A stretch of 64,000 nucleotides of DNA, taken from positions 115,609 through 179,608 of the IMG/VR virus record IMGVR_UViG_3300020183_000007, one strand, 5' to 3'. Origin of the DNA: a virus. Made by a program: the position numbers and the translations under genes. Of the stretch, positions 40,238 to 49,923 are shown one piece after another. How positions within the stretch are numbered: the stretch's first letter is position 1; every line of letters begins with the position of its first letter. The notes under the pieces were generated by a model. It saw only the letters and a list, made by a program, of their open reading frames with translations, did not search any database and was not told where the DNA came from.

Positions 40238-41023
40238 TTAGAAAATGTTTAAATCCTTGAATCGTTGATCAATCTGATCCGAGTATTGAGTAGAGATCTC
40301 TACCACGTAATGCTGTATGAGATGATTCTTTTGTCTCTGCGCTGTAGAAGGATTAATGTGCTGTTTATACAATAACTTTTTAATATGATAAAATTTTGTA
40401 TCTAAAAATGTTCTGACAACTAGCTCGTAGTCATCAGCGATTTCATATTTAGCATTGTGCCCGCCTAGTTTATGATAGACATTTGATCTCCATGCTCTAA
40501 CATGATTTGGAGCAGAAACAATATGTTTCATAGTTGTAGGATTTATTTCCGGCGAAGACATAACCCATACTTCATATTCTTGCGACCAATATTCCGAACC
40601 ATATCCAAATGCCCAACCCTTAGGATATACGCCTGACTGTCCATCGGGTAAAATCTCGCACCAATCTGAGTAGACGAAACCTACCTCAGGATTGTCTCGG
40701 AATGCCCCGTTAATCTCTTCCAGAGCGTCTGCAGTAAGCTCATCGTCATGATCTAGCTCAACAAGTATATCTCCCTCTGCAAGCATAAATCCACGTCTCT
40801 TATTGCGACCTATGTTGCCTGAATGAACATGACTTTTATACATCTGAATTTTATATCTTTCATCTGCACAAAAGCCATAGACTTGATGCCATACATTGTC
40901 ATTGGTTGAATCATCTATTATGATCCATTCCCAATCTTTAAATGTTTGAGCTTTTAGAGAAGCCCATGTACGAGAAAATACATTCTTATCTGTATTATAC
41001 GTAGGTGTTATTATTGAAATCAT
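40238..41023 (-). CDS. glycosyltransferase family 2
   Basis: ISIITPTYN, IIDDS, ELDHDD, DDYEL. Confidence 0.9.
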   Translation of the reverse strand: MISIITPTYNTDKNVFSRTWASLKAQTFKDWEWIIIDDSTNDNVWHQVYGFCADERYKIQMYKSHVHSGNIGRNKRRGFMLAEGDILVELDHDDELTADALEEINGAFRDNPEVGFVYSDWCEILPDGQSGVYPKGWAFGYGSEYWSQEYEVWVMSSPEINPTTMKHIVSAPNHVRAWRSNVYHKLGGHNAKYEIADDYELVVRTFLDTKFYHIKKLLYKQHINPSTAQRQKNHLIQHYVVEISTQYSDQIDQRFKDLNIF

Positions 41024-41316
41024 ACGAAATGCTTAATTATTGCTGCGCTTGCTAGAAAAACCCATAGAACATTAAATAATATAATTGTTGGCAGTGTTTT
41101 TTTAGTAGAAGACCATATTAAACTTAGGCTTGACGCAATAGCAAAAATATATAACCACCACCATTGTTTGCCAAATAAAAGTCCTGGAAATATAATAGCT
41201 ATCTTTGTTGCAAAACCCCAAGCTTCAACTGAATTTGGTTTAGTCCAATAAGATTTATTTGACATTTGTTTTATGGCATCTATGACTTTATAGAAAAATA
41301 TTTTAATTTGATTCAT
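41020..41316 (-). CDS. hypothetical membrane protein
   Basis: Three hydrophobic segments. Confidence 0.55.
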   Translation of the reverse strand: MNQIKIFFYKVIDAIKQMSNKSYWTKPNSVEAWGFATKIAIIFPGLLFGKQWWWLYIFAIASSLSLIWSSTKKTLPTIILFNVLWVFLASAAIIKHFV

Positions 41317-41322
41317 ATCTTT

Positions 41323-41976
41323 TTACTGTTCTCTATATGTTTTCGATAAGTATTTGTATATTTTTCCTTGATGTTGTTTGCGATCATTAACTATTATATC
41401 TTGATACTCTACACCTTTAGTGAAATACCAGTGATCTGGTTCGGCAAAATGAAAAAATATCATTTCAACTTCGTTATTTGCTGGATCAGGAAATTTATTT
41501 CGCCAATGATATTGATCTTCTCCGTAATAACATACAGCTTGATTTGGTTCCAGAATAAATTCTTTATTATTTATATAGATTGGCCAATTTGTTTTGTATG
41601 ATATGCACAAATCAATTGTATAAGTACAGGCATTATCATCGACATGATAAGGTAGATTAGCTCTTGTTCCATGATACATTGAGTACACACAGTATGTAGG
41701 AACTAAACTATTAGAATTAAATATACTTTTAGCCATGTTGGTAAGAAGCAATTGTTCTTCTGAGAGGAACTCCTCATCAGGAATACTATATCTTCCTAAA
41801 CCTGAATTGTATTCTAATAATGAATTATTTTTTTTATAAATAATTCTATTTTTTAATTCAAGAAATTTTTCCTCTGAAAAGACATTGTTTAAAATAAATG
41901 GTTCGGGTCTTACGGTCAGCATTCTATTTGTATAATAATCATAAACTTTATTTGTCATTACATTTCTTTTTTTCAC
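41323..41976 (-). CDS. 2OG-Fe(II) oxygenase-like protein
   Basis: LPYHVDDNAC (HxD), EDQYHWR, IFFHF. Confidence 0.75.
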   Translation of the reverse strand: MKKRNVMTNKVYDYYTNRMLTVRPEPFILNNVFSEEKFLELKNRIIYKKNNSLLEYNSGLGRYSIPDEEFLSEEQLLLTNMAKSIFNSNSLVPTYCVYSMYHGTRANLPYHVDDNACTYTIDLCISYKTNWPIYINNKEFILEPNQAVCYYGEDQYHWRNKFPDPANNEVEMIFFHFAEPDHWYFTKGVEYQDIIVNDRKQHQGKIYKYLSKTYREQ

Positions 41977-42661
41977 TAACCTGAGTTTCAGTTTCTATTA
42001 TTTGATTATCGAATTGGTTATTATTATCTTTTATAGTTTGTATAAAAGTTGATATAATCCATTTGTCGCCCGATATTGGCACGCAACCCTGATGTGGATA
42101 GGTCCAATGTGTGGGGAATAAACATATTGAACCAGCTTTTGCTGGAACTTTCAACTCATGTTCCCTAAAGTATGTTTCCCCGCCCATTTCAACATCGTTT
42201 AAATAAATGATTGCAGCCAACACTCTGTCTTTTGTGGTGGGAGTATGATCCATACCACCATCAATATGCTCTCGATAATATCCAACTCCCTTTTTGTATT
42301 CCTGTACTCTAAATCCAGTATCTTGAATATTAACCCAGTCCCATAACCATCTAAACTCTTCTCTATATTTTGCTATAGATAAAAATAATTTTTCAACTAT
42401 TGCGTTTTCGCAAGTATCTAACTTATCTGTTGGTAAATTATACTCAACAAGTGTATGGTGAGACCAATTTATATCCATGCTATTTTTAATAGAAGTTAAG
42501 ACACCACTAATAGTAGGACCAGGAGAAGCCATTATGTTGTAATACTTTTTTAACTCACTTAATGTTAAGTTACATATTTCTTTATCTATAGCATTTTCTG
42601 CAACCATTATTGCGGCAGATCTACCAGCTGGCCAATGAAAACTTATATTACTCATTATCAT
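41948..42661 (-). CDS. prolyl-4-hydroxylase-like 2OG-Fe(II) oxygenase
   Basis: YREHID, IIYLNDVEMGGET, FPTHWTYPHQG, KWII. Confidence 0.88.
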   Translation of the reverse strand: MIMSNISFHWPAGRSAAIMVAENAIDKEICNLTLSELKKYYNIMASPGPTISGVLTSIKNSMDINWSHHTLVEYNLPTDKLDTCENAIVEKLFLSIAKYREEFRWLWDWVNIQDTGFRVQEYKKGVGYYREHIDGGMDHTPTTKDRVLAAIIYLNDVEMGGETYFREHELKVPAKAGSICLFPTHWTYPHQGCVPISGDKWIISTFIQTIKDNNNQFDNQIIETETQVSEKKKCNDK

Positions 42662-42670
42662 CCTTTTGGT

Positions 42671-43741
42671 TTAACTATTTAAAAGTTTTTCGTAAGCGTT
42701 TAATACTTGTTTTAATCTTTTTTCAACAATAGTTTTCCAAGAATCGCCTAAAGCTTCGTTGCCAGAAAAAGTTGGTTGCCAAGTAAATTTGCCATCAACT
42801 ACCTCTAATGATTCTGGATCTATGCCAACCATTATAGCAGCTGAATATATTTCTAGCTCCAACTTTTTACGAGCACTTGACCTTAGTGCTGCTTTCTCAT
42901 TGCTGGATAATATGAAGTCCATCTTTTACTCCTAGTTTCTATTAAAAATTTTATTTAAAAAAGTTTTCTTTTCATTATCAATAGATTCATCAAGTTGTCT
43001 TTGAAGTTTTTTGTATTTACTTTTCTGTCTTTTTGGCATAAAAGGGCCACCAAAACCTCTATACTGCAATAGGTTATAGGCTATACTATCCCCCCATAAT
43101 ATGTCTAAAGACTTTTGTCTCTTAAAGGGAATGACGTGCCACATAGGTGTTCCCATTTCTATTTCAAATGGTTGATCTGTTAGAATATTCATAACAATAT
43201 GTGCGTTATGATAATAGTCAGTATTAACTACGGCTGGTAACATAGTATAATTTGGGTTGGGATTCCATAATGGTGGAAGAAATAGCGAAGACCATCCTGG
43301 AGCTGTTTTTGTTAACCATGGATTAATTACTTTGACATAATTAGCTTTTTCAATTTTTCTAACTTTTGTAACTGGACATTCTCCAGTTTGTCCATAGCTA
43401 AACTTTTCTATTCCAAAATTGCCCATATCTGTTGAAAGATCAAATTGACCCTCCCAAAATTTATGGTCAACTGATGGCCTAAACATTAATTTAGCCCAGA
43501 GTGGAATAGTGAATCCAGTTGCAATATAATCAGAAGTTCCAGAACAACGTTTTAGGCTACCCTCTTCTCCACTAAGTTGTTTCCACCAATCTGGCCAATT
43601 ACCAAGATTTTGGTATGGCCTACATTCATCGTCCATTAATTGTGGGACATGAGGCGTCAATAATACTTGGCCTTCTTTAATTTTTGGAATATCATTAAAT
43701 ACTTTTGGACTAACTATTTGCAATTTTTCTGAGTTCTTCAC
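42671..43741 (-). CDS. two hypothetical proteins (42671-42922; 42932-43741, of a type seen in phage oxygenase clusters)
   Basis: KRCSGTSD..ATGFTIPLW...KVINPW...PGWSSLF...GTPMWHVIPFKR. Confidence 0.55.
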
Positions 43742-45185
43742 CGTGATCTACCAACTTTTGACTAAGTAGTTGTTTTGCTATATTGTTTATATCTTTAATT
43801 CCCGGATATCTGGCACTATAAGCATCTAATTGAATTGATGCTATTTCTGGGTTAAGAACACCTTGACCCTGAGCTACGTGCCATAAATGTCCTGCCGCAA
43901 AAAGCTCATATCCAGTAGATGGAACATCATGTACTTCTGGACACCTAATATTCCAAAGTTGCAAAAGATGTTCAAGAAGTTCTGGTTTTTCTGCTGATTG
44001 TTGCGCCAACCACATATCAGTATCTTTTCTATCAGAGATATAATGTAATGATATCATACATAATATGTTATTCATAATGGAATCCATTATTCTATGATAT
44101 TCTTTTATGCCATATGTTCTATCCTCGGAAAATGTCGGCAAATACGAGCACAAAAGCCTAGCCTGTTGAATTGTTGTTGATATAGAAGTGGCTTCCAGCG
44201 GCTCAACAAAACTTGCAGCCAGTCCAACAGCAATACAATTATTCTTCCATGTTTCTTTAAAATATCCAGAAGTAAAATCAATTACTTTAGATGGTTCAAC
44301 TTCAAAACCATGTATTATAGAGGCTTCCCGTATAGCTTGTAGGGATGAACAGTAATCAGAAGAAAACACATATCCATTACCTCTACGATTTAACGTGGGT
44401 ATTTCCCACATCCAACCATTACTTAACGCCCGTGCTCTTGTATACGGTTTAATTTTTCCAGATGGATCTGATTGAGTTGGGAAGGCAATTGCCTTATCAC
44501 AAGGCAAATATTTTCTATATGGAATAAATGTTTGATCAGCAATTTTGCTAAGAATTTTTCTATGGAATCCTGTAGCATCTATGAAAAAATCACCCACAAT
44601 ATTTTTCTGAGATGCTTTTAACAAAACACTTTCTATATATCCATTCTCCGAAACGGATACATCGCTTACTTCATCGTCAATAAAAGTTATTCCTTTTTCT
44701 TGAGATATTTGCGTAAGATACTGATTTAATTTAAATGTATCAAAATGGTATTGGTTAGACCCATAATGTGTTTTTTCACCAAGATCAATAATCTTATCTT
44801 CTATTATTCCGCGCCAAGAATAAGTGTTTGTTAATAGCCTATTGTTTTCTAAGGCCGTTGCGTATCCAGCCCAAAAACTTCCAAATTGAACACCAGTTCC
44901 ACCAACACTATGGAAATAATCAGGAGTATGATTCGTCCAATTTTCATATCTAATTCCATATTTATGGGTAATGTCTACATTTTTAATCATATCATGAGGA
45001 TGAATGCCGACTAGATCTTGAAATATGCGCCAATGCTCAGTAGAGCCTTCTCCTACGCCTATGATTCCTATTTTATTTGATGATATATTTATAATATTAT
45101 ATTTTTTAAAATAAGATTTCAATATTAAGCCAGTAACCAATCCGGCCGTTCCAGATCCTACAATTATTATTTTTTTTTCATTCAT
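43710..45185 (-). CDS. tryptophan halogenase-like flavoprotein
   Basis: GSGTAG, IGVGEGS, FIDATGF, GWMWEIP, AVGLAASFVEPLEATSI. Confidence 0.9.
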   Translation of the reverse strand: MNEKKIIIVGSGTAGLVTGLILKSYFKKYNIINISSNKIGIIGVGEGSTEHWRIFQDLVGIHPHDMIKNVDITHKYGIRYENWTNHTPDYFHSVGGTGVQFGSFWAGYATALENNRLLTNTYSWRGIIEDKIIDLGEKTHYGSNQYHFDTFKLNQYLTQISQEKGITFIDDEVSDVSVSENGYIESVLLKASQKNIVGDFFIDATGFHRKILSKIADQTFIPYRKYLPCDKAIAFPTQSDPSGKIKPYTRARALSNGWMWEIPTLNRRGNGYVFSSDYCSSLQAIREASIIHGFEVEPSKVIDFTSGYFKETWKNNCIAVGLAASFVEPLEATSISTTIQQARLLCSYLPTFSEDRTYGIKEYHRIMDSIMNNILCMISLHYISDRKDTDMWLAQQSAEKPELLEHLLQLWNIRCPEVHDVPSTGYELFAAGHLWHVAQGQGVLNPEIASIQLDAYSARYPGIKDINNIAKQLLSQKLVDHGEELRKIANS

Positions 45186-46124
45186 TTTTTCAATACCAAT
45201 GTAAATCCTGTTAGGATAGGAATGTGAAAAGTGTACATGTCCTCACGCTCAGTTAGTGACATTAGGTACTGAGTCCAAGTATGCCCGGTGCCTCTTTGGT
45301 AGACTTTGTGAAAATCATTAACATTCCATAAACACATTAAGCCATTTGGGGCTATTTTTGCCCAAAGATTGTCAACTAAAGATAGATCATGGCTAAATAT
45401 TTCAAAGTCTATAAAGATTAAATCATAAAACTTATTTAATGAAGAAGTTTCAATGTCTTGCATTAGGACGATATTGCTGCTGTCAATAGACTGATTTAAA
45501 TACTTTTCTAAGTAATCCAAATGAATTGTATTTACATAATCAATATTTGGAACAATATTTTTTATTTCAGCCATAACCAAATGGCATATAGTTCCACATA
45601 AAGCAGTGTTTGGATTCTTAAGTCTAGTTACAAACTCAGCCAAAGAGCGAACAAATAGTTCTGCGTCTAATCCAGAGCTATTATCATGACACAGGTTACC
45701 AAGAACAGCCGAATGCCAGTTTAGTTGTTGCGACATACCTCTTGCTTCATTACTTCTGTCGACACCAGTTTGGATTTCACTATTTAAAACAGTATTAAAT
45801 GAGTCCCGCAAAGATTGGTGTGATAATTCACAACTTTTAGTTTTTGAATAAATATTAGATACTTCTGGATTAGCATAGTTTTCAGACATTTTCTAATCTC
45901 CATTTTAATACAGTATATATATACCAGAGTCTTCTAAGGCTTTGCTGCAAATTAAGAAGTTCAGCGTCGTTGTAGTTATTCTGACCATAAACATTTACCG
46001 ACATACTTAATAAGTCAGTAATGGTATATTCATTTAAGTTTTCCGTTTGACCACCAATAAGTATTATTGATTCACATAATTTAGTATAAATATATTCAAA
46101 ATCTTTTTGTAAATTATATCCCAT
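45182..46124 (-). CDS. methyltransferase-like hypothetical protein (45182-45889) and small hypothetical protein (45882-46124)
   Basis: YDLIFID...IAPNGLMCL resembles a class I MTase C-terminal part. Confidence 0.4.
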
Positions 46125-46137
46125 TATACAGCCTCAA

Positions 46138-46737
46138 TTATCTAAACCATGTGACTAGCGAATATTTAACTGTACTATCGTTTTCTCCAACAGGTTCTGC
46201 AATGTGAGCGTATGGAAAATTGGATGGAAAAATAATAACATTTCCAGCTTTTGGTTTAATTGAAACATTAAATTTAGGGAAAACAAGATTTCCACCACTA
46301 AAACCATCATTAAGAAAAGCAACTAAACTTAAAGTCCTAGAATTTACTGATGCATGGTCGTGATGAGCTTCGTATTCAGCTCCCCCGGAATATTTTAGAA
46401 CCCTATAACCCTCGTCCGCCTCTAGTTCAATTTCAAAATAATTTCTATAATCCCAGACCAATGGATCTATTTTTGACCATATAGATTTCCATTCTTCAGC
46501 CAATGGTTTTACTCTTTCTATTTTAATATCTTCTGTAGAAAGAGGTTCCAATTCACATCCAACAGATGTTCTAACATCTGATATCTGAGCATTGCCGACC
46601 CTAGATCTCTGCCAAGATAAATATCCCCATGGTTCGTTGCATTCTTTTTCCAAGAGTTCAATAAAATTATTGGCGTTAAAAATATTTTCATACTCAACTA
46701 TACATGTTGCATGCTGTACAAATTTCATATTAGCCAA
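46138..46737 (-). CDS. prolyl-4-hydroxylase-like 2OG-Fe(II) oxygenase
   Basis: YEAHHD, SLVAFLNDGFSGGNL, FPSNFPYAH, KYSLVTW. Confidence 0.9.
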   Translation of the reverse strand: MANMKFVQHATCIVEYENIFNANNFIELLEKECNEPWGYLSWQRSRVGNAQISDVRTSVGCELEPLSTEDIKIERVKPLAEEWKSIWSKIDPLVWDYRNYFEIELEADEGYRVLKYSGGAEYEAHHDHASVNSRTLSLVAFLNDGFSGGNLVFPKFNVSIKPKAGNVIIFPSNFPYAHIAEPVGENDSTVKYSLVTWFR

Positions 46738-46978
46738 TTAATCCTGACTTTATTTCTTCCATCTTTTCAATAACTGACATTATATTGGTATATTGTTCTC
46801 TTAGATAAGAGAATTTTTCTATAATATCTACATTTGGATCAAAATTATTTACATCGATATTTTCTGGCACTAAATCAGCATCGATTAGTATTGTCCATAA
46901 CTGCTCTTTTAGTGAACCAATTCTTGATTCAACAATTTGCAGTTTTCTTTCTGAACTAATTGAGTTAAAAAAAGACAT
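46730..46978 (-). CDS. small hypothetical protein
   Basis: AAGGAG RBS. Confidence 0.55.
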   Translation of the reverse strand: MSFFNSISSERKLQIVESRIGSLKEQLWTILIDADLVPENIDVNNFDPNVDIIEKFSYLREQYTNIMSVIEKMEEIKSGLIG

Positions 46979-47021
46979 TTCTTCTCCTTAATATTTGTAT
47001 TCAATTATATCATAATTATTT

Positions 47022-48764
47022 TTATATATCAATCACTTTGGAATAGTTCGAGTGACCAAATTGATTAGCTGCATTAAAATTACTTGAATTTCTAGTAACT
47101 AATATTATACCACCAGTGCTTCCAGTTGCGCCTGTGTCCCCTGGATTTGCGGTACCGCCTGTTCCTCCAGTATAGTTGGCATTTGTGGCGTTGTGAGTCG
47201 GAACGCCGCCTCTATTGCTTGTAACGGCTCCACTTGAATGATTTACTGTGGCTGCGGTGTGCGGATGTGAACCGGAATTATGGCCAGATGGATGAGGGTT
47301 TCCTGCTCCTGGATTGGGTCCCGTGCTCCCTGCCGGATGATGATGATGGCCACCATGATGATGGTGATTACCATGATGCCCATGTGAGGTATGGGTTGGA
47401 AAGTTGTGAGTATCTTTTGCGGTATGTGGTAGATTTTTGCCGGAACCACTAGGGTGATTGGCACCAGGATGGTGCGCAAGACCAGTGTGGTAATGTCCAT
47501 CACCAGCACTTGTGTGCATATGACCGCTATGATTTGATGCTGGGTTATTGGGAAAAGCAGCGTGCCCGTGATGGTATGGGTGATGTCCTGCATTATGATT
47601 TCCGGAATGATGACCGTGACCAGGATGATGATGATGATTGCCGTGATTGCAGTCGCATGCGTGATTGCCGTTATGATTGGATAATTGATGGCCAAACAAT
47701 TGTGTATTATTAGTAGTATGAGGTACATGCACAGCGTTAGAATTTCCGTTATGTGTAGAAATTCTATGACCATTTACACCATGAGGGTGAGCACCATTCC
47801 CTGCATTATGGTGATGTGGACCATAGTGGGCTATTATATTTGGAACAAATGGGCCAGTTCTATTGGCGTTTTGATGGGCATTATGGTGAGTGTGACCATG
47901 GTGATTGGATGCCGGATGGTAGCCTTGAGTAATATGAACCACCGCATTGTGTGGGTGAGCGGGAACGTTTCCGTCTGGATGCGGATGTGTTCCAGCATTG
48001 TGGCCAGATGGATGAGGGTTGCCTGCCCCAGGGTTGGGTCCAGTGCTTCCCGCCGGATGGGGAAAATGTCCACCAGTATGATATCCTGTGATATTTGGTG
48101 CAGGATTTCCTTGTGTAGCTGGATTTCCTGCGCTTCCAGCAAATCCATAGCTGACTATAGTCCCATTGCCAGAAATGTTTTTAGCCAAAACAATAACCAG
48201 TCCACCACCAGGACCTCCTGCACCACCAGTTCCAGCCGTAGCTGCATTACCCGTTCCACCAGCAGCGCCGACTGTATTGGAATGACCAGGATAATTACCA
48301 GCAGTTGCCGCCGTAACATTTCCACTTGAACCAGCTACCCCAAGTGAGCCTGCGCCTATTTTTGTTACTGTACCAGCCGAAGTAATAAACCACCCCGATA
48401 CAGCGTCGTCCATATCATGCATATCTGTTGCAGATAAGGCGTCAGTGCTTGTGCCCCACGCTTTTGCTGGGTTTAATGCATTTTGTCTTCCGGCTACTGT
48501 ACCAGAACCATCGGCAACAGTCGCAGCAGAAGCTGTTGGCATTCCAAATGTTCCATCGTTAGTTAACGTTCCGTTAACAAAAACTCTAAAACCATTTGTA
48601 AATAATGTTGCTCCAAAGTTTATTGTTAGATTTGTGTAGTACATATCTTTAGTTAGATATGTGGTGCCACTAGATATGGTTACAGAACCGTCGGTGCCCT
48701 CTCCAAAAATTGAATCGTCACGCTGTGCAATTGTTTTATTTATCCTTTTGATTCTACCAGCCAT
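47022..48764 (-). CDS. Gly-rich virion-type protein with a large His/Asn/Gly/Pro-rich insert
   Basis: N-terminus paralogous to 48767-49543; central ~250 aa very His-rich, bracketed by a duplicated HPAGSTGPNPGAGNPHPSGHN segment. Confidence 0.7.
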   Translation of the reverse strand: MAGRIKRINKTIAQRDDSIFGEGTDGSVTISSGTTYLTKDMYYTNLTINFGATLFTNGFRVFVNGTLTNDGTFGMPTASAATVADGSGTVAGRQNALNPAKAWGTSTDALSATDMHDMDDAVSGWFITSAGTVTKIGAGSLGVAGSSGNVTAATAGNYPGHSNTVGAAGGTGNAATAGTGGAGGPGGGLVIVLAKNISGNGTIVSYGFAGSAGNPATQGNPAPNITGYHTGGHFPHPAGSTGPNPGAGNPHPSGHNAGTHPHPDGNVPAHPHNAVVHITQGYHPASNHHGHTHHNAHQNANRTGPFVPNIIAHYGPHHHNAGNGAHPHGVNGHRISTHNGNSNAVHVPHTTNNTQLFGHQLSNHNGNHACDCNHGNHHHHPGHGHHSGNHNAGHHPYHHGHAAFPNNPASNHSGHMHTSAGDGHYHTGLAHHPGANHPSGSGKNLPHTAKDTHNFPTHTSHGHHGNHHHHGGHHHHPAGSTGPNPGAGNPHPSGHNSGSHPHTAATVNHSSGAVTSNRGGVPTHNATNANYTGGTGGTANPGDTGATGSTGGIILVTRNSSNFNAANQFGHSNYSKVIDI

Positions 48765-48766
48765 AA

Positions 48767-49543
48767 TTATGCCACCTGTGAATAAATAACTGTTCCAGCA
48801 GCGCAGCTAGTTCCGCCGGTAACATCAGTTGACACTCCAGAATTTATTGTTGCTGCGGATGAAATGACAATAATAACACCACCGCCACCGCCGCCCGCAC
48901 CTGTTGTGCCAGGAGCTTTAATGTATCCAGTACCACTAGAAACACCAATAAATCTAGCTGTTAATATTACAACTCCGCCTCCAGCTCCAGCGGTACCTCC
49001 AGCACCGCCTTTTAAAAAAGTTGGCGTTGTCGATGTGCCCGTAATAGAATATCCCTTTACTGATTGGAATGGCTGTTTATAATAATCTGTTCCACCAGTT
49101 GCTGCTGTTGGAGCAGTTGCTGTCTGTGAAGCGCTAGATCCACCAAGACTATGTGTTACAGCGGTCGACGTTGCCCCACCTTGCTGTATGGATCCAGCCG
49201 TAGAAAAACCTGTAGTAAAACCAATGATAGAATCACTGCCGAATGTTAATAAATTCTGTACAAAAATTCTATAACCAGCTGGATTTAAACGCACGTTTGC
49301 CGATAAGGTTAAATTATAACAATATATATCCCTAGTCATTGTATAGACCGAAGAAGATGGAACCATTGATAAAATAGTGCTTGAGCCATCAAATGTTACC
49401 GATCCATCTGCGGCAGACCCATAGATTGAGTCAGGGACATCCACTAAGTTCGCCATAGTAAGTAGGTCAGAATATGTGGACGAAGTACTGCCAACAAAAC
49501 TAATTCCTGTTGTAGTATTATTTGCCCTAATAAACTTCCCCAT
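48767..49543 (-). CDS. Gly-rich virion structural protein
   Basis: SIYGSAADGSVTF...MTRDIY.YNLTL...GYRIFV...GGAGGTAGAGGGVVIL. Confidence 0.6.
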   Translation of the reverse strand: MGKFIRANNTTTGISFVGSTSSTYSDLLTMANLVDVPDSIYGSAADGSVTFDGSSTILSMVPSSSVYTMTRDIYCYNLTLSANVRLNPAGYRIFVQNLLTFGSDSIIGFTTGFSTAGSIQQGGATSTAVTHSLGGSSASQTATAPTAATGGTDYYKQPFQSVKGYSITGTSTTPTFLKGGAGGTAGAGGGVVILTARFIGVSSGTGYIKAPGTTGAGGGGGGVIIVISSAATINSGVSTDVTGGTSCAAGTVIYSQVA

Positions 49544-49548
49544 AGATA

Positions 49549-49923
49549 TCAGTACTCTTCATAGCCATTTATTATATAGTTAACTGTAGTTGCACTTGCT
49601 TTACCGCGAATTTTATCCGAATAGGTATCACCAGCTGTATTATCACTATTTGTTAATACAAGAGATGTTGATAAAGTAACTGTTTCATTTGCCGCTAAGG
49701 CAAGAGCATTTATAAAAACATGATCGGTGGCGACAGCAACATTTTTTGGTTTTAAAAAAAGAGTAACAGTAGCTGCAGACGCTGCTGTATTGCATAATAT
49801 AATTTCTTTAATAACAGTAGTTGTAGTATATCCAGTGTTTCTTGGGACAGTATATAAATCCTCTGCTGTATCAGCTACAGCAAAATTGTCAGGACCAGAT
49901 AAACGCTTTTGCGTTAATGGCAT
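49549..49923 (-). CDS. putative virion structural protein
   Basis: DLYTVP...[10 protein letters not shown]...[10 protein letters not shown] pattern typical of small tail/capsid-decoration beta proteins. Confidence 0.5.
   Translation of the reverse strand: MPLTQKRLSGPDNFAVADTAEDLYTVPRNTGYTTTTVIKEIILCNTAASAATVTLFLKPKNVAVATDHVFINALALAANETVTLSTSLVLTNSDNTAGDTYSDKIRGKASATTVNYIINGYEEY

Noticed and set aside
47234-48639. Antisense and alternate-frame ORFs over the His-rich gene
   Set aside because: Low-complexity shadows; the 580-aa frame has an RBS context and clear paralogy to its neighbour.
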